Source of the DNA: Bdellovibrionales bacterium
GTDB lineage: Bacteria > Bdellovibrionota > Bdellovibrionia > Bdellovibrionales > JAMPXM01
Assembly (NCBI GenBank): GCA_016713885.1
Contig: JADJOF010000007.1
Span: 175,206 to 239,205, forward strand
Direction: 5' to 3'
DNA: 64,000 nt
The translations under genes were made by a program, and so were the position numbers. Each line of letters starts with the position of its first letter. Position 1 is the stretch's first letter. The notes beneath the pieces were generated by a model. The model was not told where the DNA came from. It ran no database searches and was given only the letters and a program-made list of their open reading frames with translations. Shown here one piece after another: positions 33,396 to 42,696 of the stretch.

Positions 33396-33820
33396 GCGTA
33401 CACCGGCATGAGAATGGCGACGACATCTTTCCGATGATTCCACGGTCTGATTCTGACAAACGCGTTCTGCTCAATCGCGTCCTTTTCAGTGAGCGTCTTC
33501 GAACCGCCGCCGCCAGCTTCAATGACGTGCTGATCATCGATCATGAATGCAATGTGAGTGATCTTGTCTGGCCTTAGGCCATAGAACACCAAGGCGCCAG
33601 GGCCTCTCATCTCACGCTCTGAAACGCTCAAGTAAAACTCAAACATTGCCTGCGCTGACTGATCACCTTTCGGGTCCATACCGACTGATGCAAGAATCTC
33701 TTGCACGAGGCCAGAGCAATCATAGCCACGCATCGGATCATCCCCGCCCCAAATGTATGGCCTACCGACAAAGTGCCACGCGTACTCGCAAGCAATCATC
33801 TTTTTGACCATCATCGCCAC
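33392..33820 (-). CDS. NlpC/P60-family cell-wall hydrolase (endolysin)
   Basis: 142 aa. YIWGGDDPMRGYDCSGLVQEIL (catalytic Cys) and HIAFMIDDQHVIEAGGG (His). Confidence 0.8.
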   Translation of the reverse strand: MAMMVKKMIACEYAWHFVGRPYIWGGDDPMRGYDCSGLVQEILASVGMDPKGDQSAQAMFEFYLSVSEREMRGPGALVFYGLRPDKITHIAFMIDDQHVIEAGGGGSKTLTEKDAIEQNAFVRIRPWNHRKDVVAILMPVYA

Positions 33821-34134
33821 GCCTCACATGATTGAAGTTTTGATTTCAAAAGCACAAGATTCTCTTGTGGCGAACAGAAGAAGTCGAAAAACATCGGCTC
33901 ATCACACTGCACCTTGTGCCCATCGCCGTTCACGATCATGCACTTGCCGTCTTTCTGCATAGGCAGATACACGTCTGGCTTCCAGTCAGGCTCATCGCCT
34001 GATCGCTTTAATGACACGCAAGCGACCGATGCCATGTATGCAAGCGCCAACAGAAAGGCTATAAGCGCAAGCGTCAGGTCATCTCTTCGTCTTGAACGCA
34101 TCTCGTAGTTCTTTCGCGGCTTTGATTTTGTCAT
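33811..34134 (-). CDS. Membrane-anchored Cys-rich protein in the lysis cassette (start uncertain)
   Basis: Basic N-terminus, then LTLALIAFLLALAYMASVAC. The weak lipobox-like SVAC leaves signal-anchor and lipoprotein unresolved. Confidence 0.35.
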   Translation of the reverse strand: MTKSKPRKNYEMRSRRRDDLTLALIAFLLALAYMASVACVSLKRSGDEPDWKPDVYLPMQKDGKCMIVNGDGHKVQCDEPMFFDFFCSPQENLVLLKSKLQSCEAWR

Positions 34135-34282
34135 CCTCAGTCCTTGCCATCTTTGCCTGTTCAACCAAAAGCCTGACCTGTTCAAGATCCGCTGCATTCG
34201 TGCGTTTCACCTGCGCTTCGATGATGAGATCGATCACGCGCTGAAGTGCGATGAGAAGCTCGATGATCTTGACTACGGTCAT
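34079..34282 (-). CDS. Hypothetical small protein (coiled, charged)
   Basis: 67 aa. The ATG overlaps the stop of the holin-like ORF (ATGA). Confidence 0.4.
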   Translation of the reverse strand: MTVVKIIELLIALQRVIDLIIEAQVKRTNAADLEQVRLLVEQAKMARTEDDKIKAAKELRDAFKTKR

Positions 34283-34431
34283 TCTGGTTTTGGCTCTTTG
34301 CCGAGTAGCTTTTTTGACACGTTGATCACGAACTGCAAAATGCCGTTCGACTTCAGTGCCGGGATAAGCGCAAGAGCCTCGCTCACTGCGAGAAGTGCTG
34401 CTAAGATGATGACCAGTGATTCATTTTCCAT
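34279..34431 (-). CDS. Unlisted 50-aa holin-like membrane protein
   Basis: MENESLVIILAALLAVSEALALIPALKSNGILQFVINVSKKLLGKEPKPE. AAGGAG RBS 6 nt upstream. Below the ORF-track cutoff. Confidence 0.5.
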   Translation of the reverse strand: MENESLVIILAALLAVSEALALIPALKSNGILQFVINVSKKLLGKEPKPE

Positions 34432-34460
34432 TGTTTACTCCTTTGAAGTTACGTGTTTAC
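34432..34460 (-). promoter_or_regulatory. Direct repeat GGAGTAAACA x2 (22-bp phase) upstream of the holin-like gene
   Basis: Plus-strand TGTTTACTCC at 34432-34441 and 34454-34463. The proximal copy doubles as the RBS. Confidence 0.35.
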
Positions 34461-34489
34461 TCCGACGATCCATTCAACGTGTGCCTTCA

Positions 34490-36310
34490 TTAGCGGGGTC
34501 CACTCAGGAAAACCGTTGCGGCAGCGGAAGTACACGCTGACCCGGAACAATAGTACGAAATCGTGCATGCCGTTGCCGACGTGCAATTTGCCGCCGGTTT
34601 TGTGTCATTCGCCGCATTGGCATTTAGATTTGTAACGATATCTGGCGCGGCGCTAAACTTGCCTGCTGCAAGTGTCAATGAGCATGTTCCAGACGAGATG
34701 TTTCCAATTGAGGAAATGAGTCCGCCAAGATCACGAGTGATTGAAGACGACGATGAGCATAGAACGGTTGCCGTGTCGAATACTCTTCCATTTGCTATTC
34801 CAGTGCTCACGCTGTTAGCGATTACAATCGCGGGGCTATTCTGCGACACGTTCTTGATCGAGATGTACGCTCCGGCCTCCGCGTAGCAAGTGCCATTGCC
34901 AGATACTCTCTGTCCACGAAGGACGACATTGATTGTTCCGGCACTCGAGAGCTGAAATAAACCCGTTATTGTAGCGACAGAGTCGTTACTTTCAACGCTG
35001 AGACCGCCAGGCGCAATAGCATAGACCGACGGTGAGTAGTTCGTCCCATCGTACCATCGGAATTCGCATATCGTTCTAGTCCCAGTTGTCGCCGCACTCG
35101 ATGCATAAAACTTTCCGGATGCTGTGACTTCGTACATTGCAGCGGGCGCCCCGGTCATTCGAATACCGAAGTCATTGGCTGTCGTCGGCGCAAGAGCCTG
35201 TCCTTCAAGCGTATTGGTCCCGAACCCTGCGACGTTGAATGTTGTGAGTGATCCACTCGTCACCGTTGATGAACCTGACGCAAACGAAATCGATCCGCGT
35301 TTCGAGATGGCGTCGATTGATGCTGTGGTCTGAGCGGTCCAGCCTACGATTGGGAACGACGCCTTTATGGTGACGCTATCACCGTTCGCAAATGTCTGAG
35401 GAGCCGCTTGGTTCAAGACACCGTTGTAAACATACGCTTCGTCACCGCCCATGCTCCGAGCAAGAAGCGAAGTTGTTGAATTGTATAGAACTTGCCCCGG
35501 ATAAGTTCGTGTTGCGCTGCTGTCATAAAAAGTAAGCTCTCCAAGAACTGTCTCAACCGATGAGGCAGTGAGCTTTGTCGTGTCAATCGTATAGCCGGAA
35601 GGGATATTGACCGTTAGAGACGCACTCGTTGGCGCTCCTGTCACATCGACCTTGATTTGAACGTACATCGTGTCGCCGTCACGCCGCCATTTTCCTTGAT
35701 AGGTCGTGTTTGTTGACCATGACCCGGTCGGAGTAAACGAAGCCCACTCACTGATAAGCTGCGTGCTGCCTACTCGCTTCGAGCGCCCGATATATCCAAC
35801 ATCAACCGCAATCAACGGCTCATCGGCGTTTGCGTATATTTGGAGCGCAATCGTGCCACTCTGCGGACAGGGGAAAGTTACGGGGTTCCATCTTGGGGTC
35901 GTTGACGAAATTATCGCTTGATAAGCTTGAACATTCGTCCCGTCATACGCGCGCACATAATGAGTCGCCGTGCCGCTTGGCACTTGCGCCAATATCTCAA
36001 CTTCGCAGTCAAGACCGTAGTAGCCCTTAGGAATGGTGATCGCCTGCGATGTTAGCGTCTGCCCCGATGCGCCTGCATCCCACGTGGCAGAACCTTTGCC
36101 AGCAAGTAAATTGGTGCCGCTTGTGACTGCCGCAAGCGTGCCGCCCGATGCGGTCCACTTGGCTTTGCCTGATTCGAATCCTGAGTTGTACGGTGCGAGC
36201 AGGTTCTCAAACGCAAGCTCCTGACGATCGAAGTCAGTCAGTGCCGCATTTGCGAGAATCGGATTGAGTACCGTTAGAAGAACCAAAAGCCATTGAGTTA
36301 TGAATCTCAT
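34490..36310 (-). CDS. Tail-fibre/receptor-binding-like protein with a signal-peptide-like N-terminus
   Basis: 606 aa, Ser/Thr/Gly-rich. N-terminus MRFITQWLLVLLTVLNPILANA|A. ATGA-coupled to the upstream tail-fibre gene. Confidence 0.45.
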   Translation of the reverse strand: MRFITQWLLVLLTVLNPILANAALTDFDRQELAFENLLAPYNSGFESGKAKWTASGGTLAAVTSGTNLLAGKGSATWDAGASGQTLTSQAITIPKGYYGLDCEVEILAQVPSGTATHYVRAYDGTNVQAYQAIISSTTPRWNPVTFPCPQSGTIALQIYANADEPLIAVDVGYIGRSKRVGSTQLISEWASFTPTGSWSTNTTYQGKWRRDGDTMYVQIKVDVTGAPTSASLTVNIPSGYTIDTTKLTASSVETVLGELTFYDSSATRTYPGQVLYNSTTSLLARSMGGDEAYVYNGVLNQAAPQTFANGDSVTIKASFPIVGWTAQTTASIDAISKRGSISFASGSSTVTSGSLTTFNVAGFGTNTLEGQALAPTTANDFGIRMTGAPAAMYEVTASGKFYASSAATTGTRTICEFRWYDGTNYSPSVYAIAPGGLSVESNDSVATITGLFQLSSAGTINVVLRGQRVSGNGTCYAEAGAYISIKNVSQNSPAIVIANSVSTGIANGRVFDTATVLCSSSSSITRDLGGLISSIGNISSGTCSLTLAAGKFSAAPDIVTNLNANAANDTKPAANCTSATACTISYYCSGSACTSAAATVFLSGPR

Positions 36311-37821
36311 GTGAAAGTTACCTCGCTTGAATATGGTGGGAACATCGCGTCGACCGTCGCCGTATCTGTCGCCGTATCGCGCGTGAGCCTGATCAAAATC
36401 AAATCACCGGCTGAAACTGAATCGCTGTTGATCTGGCCCGTTGATGAGGTCAAATCACAGACAAACGCATTCGGACGGTTCGCCGTAGTCGCAAGCGTCA
36501 CCGCTGAATTTGTCGACGTCCGTTGGTTCGTCGTACTCGACACTGCATCAGTGCCAGTGCGAATCAGAGTTGCAACCGTCTTCATAAGCACGGTGTTCGC
36601 CGTAGCGTTACCGTAGAAAAGCCCGCGAAGGTTGATCTGCCCGCCTGCTGTGTATGTCGACGGCACTCGCACTGCTGCGTAGAGGTATTGCGTCTCGCCA
36701 TCAGCGAATGCATAAACGCGTTGGCCGTATTCGCTCGATGCGACCGGCGCCAATGCGTCTTCAATCCAATTGAGTGACGAGCCGCCGCCGCCAGATCCTA
36801 CAGCGATGAGCGCTGCGCCAGTATCGACATACGCCTTCGCTTGATCTGTGGCGTAGACGATCGTGCCCTCTTTGCGCGTTAACGCATCGAGGTTCGCCTT
36901 CGTGTTCTTCGGAATCGTGATCCGCTGAGTGTTTGAAGCTGTGCCGCCATCAAAGTCAGCGGTGATTGTACCGCCAGTGATCGCGACCGCGCTCGCCGCC
37001 TGCGTTGCCATTGTGCCAAGACCAAGATTTGTCCTAGCTGTGCCGGCGTTCGCGAGATCAGAAAGATTCGATGCAATCTTGAGCTGAGCGTCGTTTGAGA
37101 CGTTTGAAAGTCCGACTTGCGTCTTTGTCACTGAATGCGGGTTTGAAGTGTTCGCAATATGCGTTGTCGCAGCTCCAGCCGAAGCGGCCGCCGCAGTCTC
37201 AGATAGCGCAGCAGCATCAGCCGATGCGTCAGCCGCCACAGCACTTGCGGCCGCATCCACGGCACTCGCCGCCGCCGCAATGGCCGACGCGTTCGCCTCT
37301 CCGGCTTTTGTTGTGGCAATCCCAGCTTGGGTCGTAGCGGTTGAGGCACTTGTCGAAGCATTGCTCGCTGAAGTTGAAGCGTTACTCGCCTGAGTCGTGG
37401 CTGTAGCAGCGCTCGCCGCAGCGTTTGTTTCAGCCGTTTCAGCATTCGTTTCGGCTGTCTCGGCGTTGTTCTCACTGACAAGTGCCGCAGCCGCACTGAT
37501 CGCAGCAGCAGCAGCACTCGCCGCCGCCGCCTCATCACTGCCATCAACTGGCTCAACGCGGATCTCATTGATCGTGTTGAGCGTCTGGTCGTTTGCATCC
37601 ATGATGATGAACTTATAGAGCCCGGCTGAGCACCATATCTCAGCTTCACCGGCCGAGTTTAATATGACTGGATTCGTGTTCTCAGTGTCTCCGGCCCGAT
37701 TGGTGTATGTCGCTTTTGGCGTTGTCGAGTTGGCCTCATAGGTCCAAATCTTCCCACCGACGAGCGGATCGCCGTTTTCATCGAAGAACTGCTGCTTAAT
37801 TTGCGGTATATTTTTCGCCAT
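36307..37821 (-). CDS. Tail fibre protein with an Ala-rich repeat shaft
   Basis: 504 aa. The N-terminal domain (QFFDENGDPLVGGKIWTYEANSTTPKATYTN..NPVILNSAGEAEIW) is shared with 38490-38924. Central AETAETN / SNASTSA repeats. Confidence 0.65.
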   Translation of the reverse strand: MAKNIPQIKQQFFDENGDPLVGGKIWTYEANSTTPKATYTNRAGDTENTNPVILNSAGEAEIWCSAGLYKFIIMDANDQTLNTINEIRVEPVDGSDEAAAASAAAAAISAAAALVSENNAETAETNAETAETNAAASAATATTQASNASTSASNASTSASTATTQAGIATTKAGEANASAIAAAASAVDAAASAVAADASADAAALSETAAAASAGAATTHIANTSNPHSVTKTQVGLSNVSNDAQLKIASNLSDLANAGTARTNLGLGTMATQAASAVAITGGTITADFDGGTASNTQRITIPKNTKANLDALTRKEGTIVYATDQAKAYVDTGAALIAVGSGGGGSSLNWIEDALAPVASSEYGQRVYAFADGETQYLYAAVRVPSTYTAGGQINLRGLFYGNATANTVLMKTVATLIRTGTDAVSSTTNQRTSTNSAVTLATTANRPNAFVCDLTSSTGQINSDSVSAGDLILIRLTRDTATDTATVDAMFPPYSSEVTFT

Positions 37822-37827
37822 AATTCC

Positions 37828-38924
37828 TCAGAGTTCGAATGCGATGAGTTTCCAGTTTTGCAGACCGATCGTGAACGCGGCGTCTGTGACTTTCGCTTGG
37901 ACGAGGTATGTGTAGGTGCCAGCCGCAGGGACATCGATCGTCCAAGGCCCAGACGGGCTGACCACTGTGCTACCTGCCGCACGGGTCGCAAGTGCTGAAA
38001 CGTACAACTCAGAAATGCTCGTACTGTCGCGAAGTATCTGAATGAGGCCATCCCATGCTCCGCTGAAGTCCTCGACGTCGCCCAATCGACTCTGAAGGTT
38101 AGCTATGACCTTGAGCACTGAATTGCCTTCGTCCTTTGACGCAAATCCATACGCAGTACCAGCCCCGGAACTGACGAAGTCCTGAATTGCATAGTCCGGC
38201 GTTACGGGCGCAGTGTGCGTCAATCCAGTCAGTGTCGACGGAGTATTGGCGCCAGGGCCTCCGATGCTGATGTAGGATTGCGAACCCTCGCCGCCAGCCG
38301 GAATCATCCCGACAAATACTGGGCGTCCGGTTGTCGTGATTGAAACTGAAAGATTGGTGACATTCCCAAATGTCGCGACGGATCGCGAGTACGTGCCGCA
38401 CGACGAGCTCACCTGCTGTCCAAGTGCAACGCGCTTTGCTTGAGTCAGAAAGCCATCGGCCATCTTCGCTCTGCCATCGGTGTCAGCGGTCAAAATGCCA
38501 GTCGCAAGCTTCGGAAGAGTGATGAACCCATCTTCCATCTTCGCCCGGCCTTCAGAAGTCGCCGACAAAAGCCGTCTTCCATTCTCGCTCGGCCAGCCGT
38601 ACTTGCGTGCAGAAGCACTGACGGCATCATCGCGAGCGTGATCGAGTTCGCATTGTTGTGCGCAACGCCGTCTTGCGTCCATTGAACGACGTCGTTCGAG
38701 TCCTTAAGCACAAGCTTATATGACCCGCTGCCAAGCCAGATCGTGCCGACGCCTTCGCTATCGAGGATCAATGGATTGTCGTTTGTCGTGCCCTCATCTC
38801 GATCAGTGTACGTGGCAAGCGGCGTCGAAGTCCCAGCCTCATAAGTGTAGAGTTTGCCAGCCGCCAGCGGATCACCGTTTGAGTCAAGAAACTGATAGCG
38901 CGGGTTTACGAATGGATGCGCCAT
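37828..38924 (-). pseudogene. Second tail-fibre gene, reading frame broken at a 4-nt homopolymer
   Basis: ORFs 38490-38924 and 37828-38682 overlap. Adding one T at the run 38567-38570 gives ..GRARMEDGFLSATSEGRAKMEDGFITLPKLA..GRAKMADGFLTQAKRVA, three in-frame repeats. Confidence 0.55.
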
Positions 38925-41617
38925 CAGTCACGCCCCTTTGAAAGTCGACTATTGAGTTTCGCCACAAGCTGATTCATGGCCTTCGACCCTGGTTTCAGAT
39001 CAGACGCTAGAACCAGCATCTCTTTTGCCTTCGGGTCCTGCATGATTGAATCGCGATCGATGCCAAGCTCTGGCGAGTGTTTTGAGATGTTGTCGAATCC
39101 ATCGTTCGCCCATTTCTCACGGCCGCGCTTTGGCGGCGGTGCCTTTGACCCATCTTTGTCGGAAGGACCTGGCTTTTGGGGCTCGTCTGGATAAACGCGG
39201 TACTGAGACGGCGTGCTCGAATCCATGTCGAGCTCTGACGGTGCCGATGGACCGGCGACTTTAGGAAGCGCTGTCTCGCCAGCATGTGCTGCTGCGGCTC
39301 GTCCAGCTAGGACAGTCGATTTGAATTGTTGAATCAGCTCAATCTTTAGAGGCTCGGGAATGTCTAGGGAGCGAATCGCATTTGGCGAAATCGTTCTCAT
39401 TTTCAAAACGCCGTCCAAGACCCTTTTTGTTACGGCCGGTCCGTAGACGTCCATCATCGCGCCGGTTACAGCGCCGAACGCCATGCCGACCGGACCGCCT
39501 AAAGCAAAGCCCGCTGCGCCGCCAGCGCCGCCCTTGCCCGCCGCTGACTGTGCCAGATTCCCGATCACAGACCACAAGTTAACATTCCGAGATCCATTAA
39601 ATGCGGTCTTCGTAAATGCTGCCGCGTCACTTGCAGCGCGAACCGCCTCGACGAAATCTTGATCGGACAGATCAGAAAGATCTTGAAGAGTCTTGGTTGC
39701 GAATTTCCGACCTTGGGCGACTTGCTTTAGTTTCGACTCGGCCGACTGCTCGCCGAATCCTTTGAATTTACCCGCCAGGTCCTTTGCGGTCTTTAATTTC
39801 GCTTGTGCAGACTTCTGATTAAAGAATGCCGCACTTCGTTCGATTGATTTTTGAATCTCCCTAGGCTTTGCCAAGCGTTTCGCGGACGCCGCCTGCATTT
39901 CTGATTGCCTGAGCATCGCGTTTTCTGGGAGAGATTGTCTAATGCCTTCAAGCTTCATCGGGCTTCTCAGCGTTCGCTGTGCTCCGACCATTTCATCAAC
40001 GGTTCGCGGCAATGCGCCGCCTTGTTTTTGAGCAAGCTTCTGCAGCGTCTCGAGCTCGTACTTTGCCGACGGCTTGCCAATACTTTGAAGCCGATTGAAC
40101 CGAGCCGAATCAGCTCCGAATTGTTTCGTCGCGTTCGACAAAACTCCAGTATCATCGGCGACGGTAAGCATCTTTTCTTTGTACGCCGGATTCTGCTTTA
40201 GCTGTTCATCGAGTCCGCCTCGAATCGATTTGAATGCTCTCTGAACGTCGTTAGTGAAGAGGCGAGAATCATAGATGATCTTTTCGGCCTGATCGATTTG
40301 TTGGATTATTTGCTTTGCGTCAGCCGCGCTCATGCTTGACGGCAACTTCCCGAGCGTGTCGCGAAGCCCTCGAATTTCTGCCTGAGCAGCTCGTGCCTGC
40401 GGAGTTGATGGCGCAACGCCTGCAACATTCAAGCTCTCTTCAGCTTTTTTCAGCCCATCCCAAGTACCCTTGAAGTTGATCGGCTCTTTCTGTTGTCGCA
40501 ATATTTCGTAGGACTCGTTTGAGCCCTTTACGACCTTCTCTTTTAAGTTATCAATTGCATCGCCGATCATCGGCTCAACACGCGAAGGCGATGCTTTTTC
40601 TGTTAACACCTGCTTTTGTGAGCTGAATGATTCATCGAGAAGCGTCCGAGCTTTCTGGACCTCTTCCATCGCCTTAGCTTTACCCTCGACGCGTGAATCT
40701 TTAATGCCTGCGGCGACTTCGTCGAGTTTTGACTTCGCTGAATCGTAGCCGATTTTGGCGTTATCAAGATCGTCGCCCAGTCCATTCACGACCTTAGTCA
40801 CTTGCTCATAGAGCTCATCAAATGTGCTGGCGTTTCGAATGCGCTCTGGGTTTTGAAGGTACGAGTCAATGACCTCTTCTTTGACGCCACCGACCGCGCT
40901 CAGTATCTTCTTTGGCGCCGCCGCTGCGAGCTTTCCAGCGCCCTTTAATACTTTGCCGCCGACGTGCAAAGCGCCTGGCATCAGGGCGCCAGTGACTCCG
41001 TTGATTGCCGCATTCTTCGCGCGAGCGCCGACATCGGTAAACCCAGTTTCAGGAGTGTATGCGGTACCGAGCAGAACGCCTTCAGCACCAAGCCGTGCGC
41101 TTTGAGCCCCTATGCTTGATCCAGATGCGAATCGTGCAGCTTTCTCTAAAGCATTAACCCCTGCAGCACCTTTGATCCCTGCGCCAACTGCCTTGGACGC
41201 AGCCGATCCAGGCACGACAAAGCCAGCGAATTGACCGCCCATGGCATAGCCTGGTGCCTTTTCTTGAAGATCCTTGCCTTGCTGTCTGAATTTATTTACG
41301 CGATCAGAGAATTTCGTTTCATCTGCATCTGATCCGCTTAGCGCTTGCGATGCCATGTCCGATAGAACTTCGCCGCCTGCTTTCAAATATGGGAGCGTCC
41401 CGATTGATGCGCTCTCGGCATAGCCCTCTGTTGCCGCGCGAAGCTTGTCGCCAGCACTCGGTACCGATGGCTCCGTAGACGAATCGGTCGGCGCCCACTG
41501 GTCTTGACCAATCTTTTTATAGACCTCACCGGTTTTCGCCGTGCGCGTTACTGGCTCCCAGTGATCAGGGCCAACTTGGTGATAGAATGTCCCGTCTTTT
41601 GCCTGGCGCTCCATCAT
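38924..41617 (-). CDS. Large virion-associated protein (ejection/internal-protein or tape-measure-like), function unknown
   Basis: 897 aa, Ala/Gly/Lys-rich. Gly-rich hydrophobic segment GKGGAGGAAGFALGGPVGMAFGAVTGAMM. Sits between tail and fibre genes. Confidence 0.35.
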   Translation of the reverse strand: MMERQAKDGTFYHQVGPDHWEPVTRTAKTGEVYKKIGQDQWAPTDSSTEPSVPSAGDKLRAATEGYAESASIGTLPYLKAGGEVLSDMASQALSGSDADETKFSDRVNKFRQQGKDLQEKAPGYAMGGQFAGFVVPGSAASKAVGAGIKGAAGVNALEKAARFASGSSIGAQSARLGAEGVLLGTAYTPETGFTDVGARAKNAAINGVTGALMPGALHVGGKVLKGAGKLAAAAPKKILSAVGGVKEEVIDSYLQNPERIRNASTFDELYEQVTKVVNGLGDDLDNAKIGYDSAKSKLDEVAAGIKDSRVEGKAKAMEEVQKARTLLDESFSSQKQVLTEKASPSRVEPMIGDAIDNLKEKVVKGSNESYEILRQQKEPINFKGTWDGLKKAEESLNVAGVAPSTPQARAAQAEIRGLRDTLGKLPSSMSAADAKQIIQQIDQAEKIIYDSRLFTNDVQRAFKSIRGGLDEQLKQNPAYKEKMLTVADDTGVLSNATKQFGADSARFNRLQSIGKPSAKYELETLQKLAQKQGGALPRTVDEMVGAQRTLRSPMKLEGIRQSLPENAMLRQSEMQAASAKRLAKPREIQKSIERSAAFFNQKSAQAKLKTAKDLAGKFKGFGEQSAESKLKQVAQGRKFATKTLQDLSDLSDQDFVEAVRAASDAAAFTKTAFNGSRNVNLWSVIGNLAQSAAGKGGAGGAAGFALGGPVGMAFGAVTGAMMDVYGPAVTKRVLDGVLKMRTISPNAIRSLDIPEPLKIELIQQFKSTVLAGRAAAAHAGETALPKVAGPSAPSELDMDSSTPSQYRVYPDEPQKPGPSDKDGSKAPPPKRGREKWANDGFDNISKHSPELGIDRDSIMQDPKAKEMLVLASDLKPGSKAMNQLVAKLNSRLSKGRD

Positions 41618-42693
41618 TCAGCCCAATCAATTTCGTTTGTTTTAAAAACCTTCGGTGCAGGTGCGGCATTTGCCCTGTCAATGCCATATGCTGAGTCGTC
41701 TCCCTTTTTCATTTTGCTAATATCAACATCGGCAACGCCTACCTCTTGCGGATTGAATCCTAGAGTCCCGAGTCTGGACCTCATTTCGCTCTGCAAGTAT
41801 TCAAGTTTCTTCTTCTGAATTGCCGGGCTATCGCGCCACGTCGGTGCCATTGCCTTGAATCTCTCCTCCTCTGGTTTTGAAATTGCGCCGCCGGACTGCA
41901 TTCGACCGAGTGATTCTTCAAAGAGCGCACGTTGCTGCGTGAAGTCGTTATCTCCAATAACTGAGAATGTGTTTTGATCGTTACGAAGAAGGGCATCGGC
42001 CATGCCCTGCACGGTTTTCAATCCAAGTTTGGCGTTGTCGAAACGCTGCTTTCCTTCGGCACCAAGCCCCTGCAGTCGACCTTCCGGCGTTTTCTTGAAC
42101 GCTGCTTCTTCCTGCTTGCGCCTGTGGTCAGCCAATCGCTGATACTTCATTTCGTCCGCAAACGGATCGCCAGCGCCCTTGCGCATAGCTTCCATTTCTC
42201 TAATTTTGAGTTCTCGCTCTTTATTTTGTTGCGACATTCGATCTTGAATTGTCAGCGCACGTCCGCGAAGCGAGTTCACCAAGCCCGGATCGTATTGCAT
42301 CGGAACCTGAGAAACGTCGAGGCCCATCGTTTTCGCTTGGCCCAGAGCACTTTCCCAAGACGGCTGATCCTTAACGTCAGCCGTGAGCTGCGCGATCATC
42401 CCGGCTTGCTTGAACTGATCATCAAGCTTTGAGCGCTTATCAGCGTCGGCTTGCCGGGTGAGCTCATTCGCCTCTTTCCCGAAGCCGCCTTTCGCAAGCG
42501 CCGATGCTGTCAGAGATGGATCAAACGTCGTTTTGCCATCAGGGCCAACGACTGCTCCGGCCTTGTACGCTTCGCGCTGAGCCTCTTGATCGCGACGTTG
42601 CTTGATCATGTCGCTCATCTTCATGCCCTCTTGCCTTGCGGCGCCAAGGTCAAGACCTCTCATGTTCGAATACATTGAGTTATCGATCGGCAT
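41614..42693 (-). CDS. Virion-associated protein, unknown function
   Basis: 359 aa, charged and coiled. ATGA-coupled. Confidence 0.35.
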   Translation of the reverse strand: MPIDNSMYSNMRGLDLGAARQEGMKMSDMIKQRRDQEAQREAYKAGAVVGPDGKTTFDPSLTASALAKGGFGKEANELTRQADADKRSKLDDQFKQAGMIAQLTADVKDQPSWESALGQAKTMGLDVSQVPMQYDPGLVNSLRGRALTIQDRMSQQNKERELKIREMEAMRKGAGDPFADEMKYQRLADHRRKQEEAAFKKTPEGRLQGLGAEGKQRFDNAKLGLKTVQGMADALLRNDQNTFSVIGDNDFTQQRALFEESLGRMQSGGAISKPEEERFKAMAPTWRDSPAIQKKKLEYLQSEMRSRLGTLGFNPQEVGVADVDISKMKKGDDSAYGIDRANAAPAPKVFKTNEIDWAE

Positions 42694-42696
42694 TGC

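Noticed and set aside
33034-33577. Plus-strand ORFs (125, 131 and 88 aa) opposite the lysis genes
   Set aside because: They are antisense to well-supported endolysin and spanin-like genes. Their Arg/Ser/Pro-rich composition is typical of antisense frames.
34490-38924. A diversity-generating retroelement acting on the fibre genes (as in BPP-1-like phages)
   Set aside because: There is no reverse-transcriptase ORF anywhere in the window. No template/variable repeat pair with A-specific mismatches was visible around the fibre 3' ends.
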